Origin: Gemmatimonadota bacterium
GTDB taxonomy: Bacteria; Gemmatimonadota; Gemmatimonadetes; Gemmatimonadales; GWC2-71-9
Reading direction: 5' to 3'
NCBI GenBank assembly: GCA_029262195.1
Contig: JAJCZX010000027.1
Span: 4,677 to 68,676 of the forward strand
DNA: 64,000 nucleotides
In this document: piece after piece, positions 60,297-64,000 of the stretch
How positions within the stretch are numbered: position 1 is the stretch's first letter
How the letters are laid out: each line of letters starts with the position of its first letter
Notes under the pieces: generated by a model
Told to the model about the DNA's origin: nothing
The model's database searches: none
The model's input: the letters and a program-made list of their open reading frames with translations, nothing else
Position numbers and translations under genes: made by a program

Positions 60297-61656
60297 GGAG
60301 GATCTCCAGCAACTCACGACTTACATCGGTGATGTCTCCAGCACCCATTGTGACAACCACATCTCCCTTTTTCGAAACGGCAGCCAATTCGCGGGCAACG
60401 TTTTTTACGTCGGGCACCCAGCGCACTTCGCCGCCAGCCATTTCGGCGGCGCCGGTCACAAGTCGGCCAGTGATACCGGGGATAGGTTCTTCGCGAGCAG
60501 GATAAATGTCAGTCACCACGGCGAGGTCCGCAGACGAGAGGGCCACCCCCATGGCTTCTCCGTGGTTCCGGGTGCGCGAGAATAAATGGGGTTGAAACGC
60601 CACGATCAGCCGGGAGTCGGGAAACCGCTGGCGCGCCGCCGCAATCGTCACGACGACCTCAGTCGGGTGGTGCGCGTAATCGTCGACAATCGTTACTCCG
60701 GCCGCATCACCGATTAGCTCAAACCGCCGGCCTACACCTTCGAAATTTTTTAGCTGGGCCGCGCTCGCATCCAAATCGCCCCCCAGAGCTGCCACGGCGC
60801 CAAGTGCCATTGAGGCGTTGCGCAAATTGTGGAGACCGGGAACCCCTATCTCAAACCGGCAAGAGTTGCCCTCGGGAAATTCAAGGCGGGCCCGCGATGA
60901 CCTCGTCGTGCGCACTATGTCGGCGATCCTGATATCGGCGCCCTTTGACGTACCGATCTTCCACACGGGGTTCTTGAGACGCCGTGCAACGCGCATCGCC
61001 CCGGCGTCGTCAGCATTGACCAAAACTCGCTGCGCCCGAGAACCAAATTCAACAAACGACGATTCAAGTTCCTCAACGGTTCCGTAACACTCAAGGTGAT
61101 CCTGTTCGACGTTGTTAATCACAGCGATCGTGGGGTAAAGAGCGAGAAAAGATTTGTCATATTCGTCTGCTTCAACAACGTAGAGATCGCTCCCGAGCCT
61201 TGCGTTACCGTCCCAACTAGCGACACGACCGCCCGCGATACCAGTTGGATCGCGCCTGGCAGCCGTCAAAGCGTCCGTGACCATTACCGTAGTCGTGGTC
61301 TTTCCGTGAGTCCCCGCTACTGCTACGACAGTGCCTCCTTCAATCGTGGCCTGCAAAGCTTCGGCGCGCTTGAGCACCGGGATCCCGACCTTCCGCGCCG
61401 CAACAATCTCCGGGTGATCCGAAGAAACAGCAGCAGTGTGGATTACCGCCCTAGCTCCAACTACATGGGAAGGATCGTGCCCGCCCAACATCTCGGCTCC
61501 AGCGCGCACAATATCGTCTGTCCCGACACTATTTGAGTCGCAACCGGTGACAGCAACCCCCCGCCGCATGGCCAAAAGGGCGAGAGCACCCATCCCAGCA
61601 CCCCCGAGACCAACAAAATGAAGTGGCCGAGAGTCCTCTAAAGTGAACAGATTCAT
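60289..61656 (-). CDS. murC: UDP-N-acetylmuramate-L-alanine ligase
   Basis: HFVGLGGAGM, AGTHGKTTTT, EADEYD, DDYAHHPTE, FQPHLFSRT. Confidence 0.96.
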   Translation of the reverse strand: MNLFTLEDSRPLHFVGLGGAGMGALALLAMRRGVAVTGCDSNSVGTDDIVRAGAEMLGGHDPSHVVGARAVIHTAAVSSDHPEIVAARKVGIPVLKRAEALQATIEGGTVVAVAGTHGKTTTTVMVTDALTAARRDPTGIAGGRVASWDGNARLGSDLYVVEADEYDKSFLALYPTIAVINNVEQDHLECYGTVEELESSFVEFGSRAQRVLVNADDAGAMRVARRLKNPVWKIGTSKGADIRIADIVRTTRSSRARLEFPEGNSCRFEIGVPGLHNLRNASMALGAVAALGGDLDASAAQLKNFEGVGRRFELIGDAAGVTIVDDYAHHPTEVVVTIAAARQRFPDSRLIVAFQPHLFSRTRNHGEAMGVALSSADLAVVTDIYPAREEPIPGITGRLVTGAAEMAGGEVRWVPDVKNVARELAAVSKKGDVVVTMGAGDITDVSRELLEILRG

Positions 61657-61707
61657 TGATGGCATGCTAATATAAGAAAGTAGCCGAAGTTACGAAAGGG
61701 TTTAGAC

Positions 61708-62790
61708 TTAGCTAGCCATCTCAAGTAGTTGAGAAGCAATCTTTTCAGCCGAATCGGGCCTGCCACGTTCCGACGCCAGCCTACTCATCTCAACCAATTG
61801 AGAACGATCCTCAAGGAGTCCCGAAATCACATCGCTGAGTTTCGAAGAACTCAGGTCAGCCTGCGGAAGATGTATCGCCACGCCGGCGCGTTCCAACGCC
61901 TGAGCATTCCTGGTTTGGTGACCCTCGGCTGCGGAAGGCAGGGGAATCAGAATCGCAGGCAGCCCCCAGGCGCAGAATTCAGCAGTCGACATTGCGCCAG
62001 CTCTTGAAACAACGATGTCCGCTGCGCAGAAAGCATCAGCGATCGGGTCCCAGAACTCCCTGACTACAACATTGGAGTTAGCGGTAAAATGGCGAAATTG
62101 GTTCCAGGTGGTCGATCCGGTACTCCACGTAAAACCAACATTGGCGAGTTTGCCATCGTTTAACATCGTCGCCACAGCCCGGTTGATGGCCAGAGATCCC
62201 TGACTTCCGCCTGTAACAAACACGGTAGGAAGTGATGGGTCTATCCCCAGGTTCCTCTTCATCGCCTCTCGGTCGCGGCAATGGTCTCCGGGCGGACTTA
62301 TCGGATTTCCATAGTTGAAGATTTCACCGCGTTTGACCTTCAAGAAATCGGCAGCCTCGGGGAAACCCAGGAAGACCTGACGGGCGTGGGGCGCCAACCA
62401 TTTTGTCGTAACTCCAGGAAAAGCATTCTGCTCCTGAAGACCAAAAGGAATTCCCAATCTCTTGGCAGCAAACAACAGCGGCCCCGACGCATAACCGCCG
62501 GTGCCGACTACGAAATCTGGTTTTTCATCCTTCAATAGCGATGTGCATCGGGAAAGTAATTGCGGACCCAGGTGAGCCCATTTGACATTCTTCCACCAAT
62601 CTCGACGGTGAATCGGCTCCATCGGTAGAAGGCGAAATTCGAAATCACGTTGGGGAAGAATACCAGCCTCGACTCCCCGTTCAGCGCCTACAAGAACGAC
62701 GTCCACGTCATGTTGGCGGAGAGCGTTTCCTATCGCCAGCGCCGGCATCAGGTGCCCGCCGGTTCCTCCGCCCGCGATGAGAGCCTTCAT
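61708..62790 (-). CDS. murG: Lipid II GlcNAc transferase
   Basis: GGGTGGH, GGYASGP, EQNA, GGSQGS, SRAG. Confidence 0.96.
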   Translation of the reverse strand: MKALIAGGGTGGHLMPALAIGNALRQHDVDVVLVGAERGVEAGILPQRDFEFRLLPMEPIHRRDWWKNVKWAHLGPQLLSRCTSLLKDEKPDFVVGTGGYASGPLLFAAKRLGIPFGLQEQNAFPGVTTKWLAPHARQVFLGFPEAADFLKVKRGEIFNYGNPISPPGDHCRDREAMKRNLGIDPSLPTVFVTGGSQGSLAINRAVATMLNDGKLANVGFTWSTGSTTWNQFRHFTANSNVVVREFWDPIADAFCAADIVVSRAGAMSTAEFCAWGLPAILIPLPSAAEGHQTRNAQALERAGVAIHLPQADLSSSKLSDVISGLLEDRSQLVEMSRLASERGRPDSAEKIASQLLEMAS

Positions 62791-63926
62791 CGCCGTTTTC
62801 CAGTCCCGACCTGATTCCCGATGTTCATGATCACACCGGTGGCGAAGAGCGCGATAACGAGATTAGATCTACCGAACGAAATAAACGGCAATGGCAGGCC
62901 TGTGGTCGGTACCAGTGCGAGGGTCACAGACATATGCAAAATTGCGGTGACTCCGACCAGAGAGGTCAGGCCCACCGTCAACAGAGTTCCAAAAACGTCG
63001 CCCGCACGGCGCGCTATTCTCATCCCCAACGATAGATACCCTGCATAAAGAACCAGAATTACGGTTACGCCGACGAACCCCCATTCCTCCCCGATCGTAC
63101 TAAAGATAAAATCTGAGTACGCGTAAGGCAGGTATCCGAGTTTTTGCATCCCTTCACCAAACCCTACCCCGAACACCCCTCCCGAGCCCACTCCGACAAT
63201 AGACTGGTTGATTTGCCAGCTCAGGCTCAACGGATCCTCACCCGGGCTTAGAAACGCGACCATCCGGTTAACCCTGAACTGTAAAGCTGCTATCTGCCCC
63301 CAAACCAATGGGAGCGCCAACACGCCGAGCACCATGAAATGTCCGATTTTCGCCCCTGCCGAAAACAGAACGATCATGCAAACCAGCATTGTGAGCAGTG
63401 CAGTCGAAAGATCAGGCTCGATCGCGATCATCAAACAGGCCGGTAGGATAATCACCATGAACGGAACGACGCCAAGCTTGAACTCTCGCACCTGGGCTCC
63501 CTTTTTGGCGGCTAACATCGCCGTCCATGCTATCAGAGCGAACTTTGCCCCCTCGGACGGTTGTATCCTGCCCACTCCGATGTCGATCCACCTTCTTGCC
63601 CCGTTGGTGACCGGAGCAATGTCATGAGTGAACGGCAATAGCGGAATCAACAAGGCAAAAAATGCTATCGCGACCGCTGGCCAGGCAAACGCCTTCCAGA
63701 CCTGATAGTCGACCCGTATAGCAACCAGCAGCAGAAAAAGCCCGACAATGGCACCCTGTAATTGCCGCAAGGCAAACCAGGCACCGGGCAGCCCTTGTTC
63801 GACGGCCTGTATCGACGAGGAACTGTAGACGGCCGCAACGCCAAAAACCACAAGACCGACTGTAACCAGGCCCAGGAGTCTGGATTCCCAGGCCACCGGG
63901 CCCGGCGGACGCCTTCTCCGTGTCAC
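62787..63926 (-). CDS. ftsW: Peptidoglycan polymerase FtsW
   Basis: NGARRWI, IQPSEGAK, EPDL, DFIFSTIGEEWG, LPFISFG. Confidence 0.95.
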   Translation of the reverse strand: MTRRRRPPGPVAWESRLLGLVTVGLVVFGVAAVYSSSSIQAVEQGLPGAWFALRQLQGAIVGLFLLLVAIRVDYQVWKAFAWPAVAIAFFALLIPLLPFTHDIAPVTNGARRWIDIGVGRIQPSEGAKFALIAWTAMLAAKKGAQVREFKLGVVPFMVIILPACLMIAIEPDLSTALLTMLVCMIVLFSAGAKIGHFMVLGVLALPLVWGQIAALQFRVNRMVAFLSPGEDPLSLSWQINQSIVGVGSGGVFGVGFGEGMQKLGYLPYAYSDFIFSTIGEEWGFVGVTVILVLYAGYLSLGMRIARRAGDVFGTLLTVGLTSLVGVTAILHMSVTLALVPTTGLPLPFISFGRSNLVIALFATGVIMNIGNQVGTGKRR

Positions 63927-64000
63927 GGAGACACCAGGAGCCGCTTAAACTCCGCTCCTCTGTGTTCGTAGTTGTCGAACTGATCAAAACTCGAGCAAGC
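63923..64000 (-). CDS. murD: C-terminal 25 aa of MurD (partial at the window edge)
   Basis: ACSSFDQFDNYEHRGAEF; GTGA overlap with ftsW. Confidence 0.9.
   Translation of the reverse strand, partial: ACSSFDQFDNYEHRGAEFKRLLVSP

Overview
A 64 kb, gene-dense stretch of bacterial core chromosome, about 65 CDS and almost all on the minus strand. I found no CRISPR array, tRNA/rRNA, integrase or transposase. Gene content and order (Hanks kinase-TPR, prepilins, mannose-type PTS with HprK, metK-ahcY, dcw cluster with murC-ftsQ adjacent) suggest Gemmatimonadota; this is inferred from recalled synteny, not from a search. Left to right: a 5'-truncated hybrid histidine kinase (+); Ser/Thr kinase, two pilin-like genes, tadA, clpB; a stand-alone T9SS-CTD/FlgD-like protein; selB-recO; btuDCF under a compact cobalamin riboswitch; DUF151 nuclease; ahcY-metK; a 29-gene, 27 kb run with gaps of at most 36 bp (ptsI back to alr, including the rib genes, purM, argS, methylmalonyl-CoA mutase, fbp, comEC, miaB/mtaB, an orphan microcompartment vertex gene, cdd, deoB); mazG and a frameshifted DUF1640-like gene (+); asnS; a PQQ-propeller lipoprotein pair (+); recG, ftsY and the dcw cluster through the end of murD. 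Best leads: (1) an orphan EutN/CcmL gene coupled to deoB-cdd; (2) a promoter-driven, terminator-like leader upstream of metK-ahcY with no recognisable SAM riboswitch; (3) a split coiled-coil gene broken exactly at an X_XXY_YYZ heptamer; (4) a symmetric bidirectional alr/mazG promoter; (5) a non-canonical (ATT/CTG) start for argS; (6) several apparently leaderless genes. All product calls come from motif recognition by eye, and many ORF-track starts were corrected using gene overlaps, RBS position and family N-termini.
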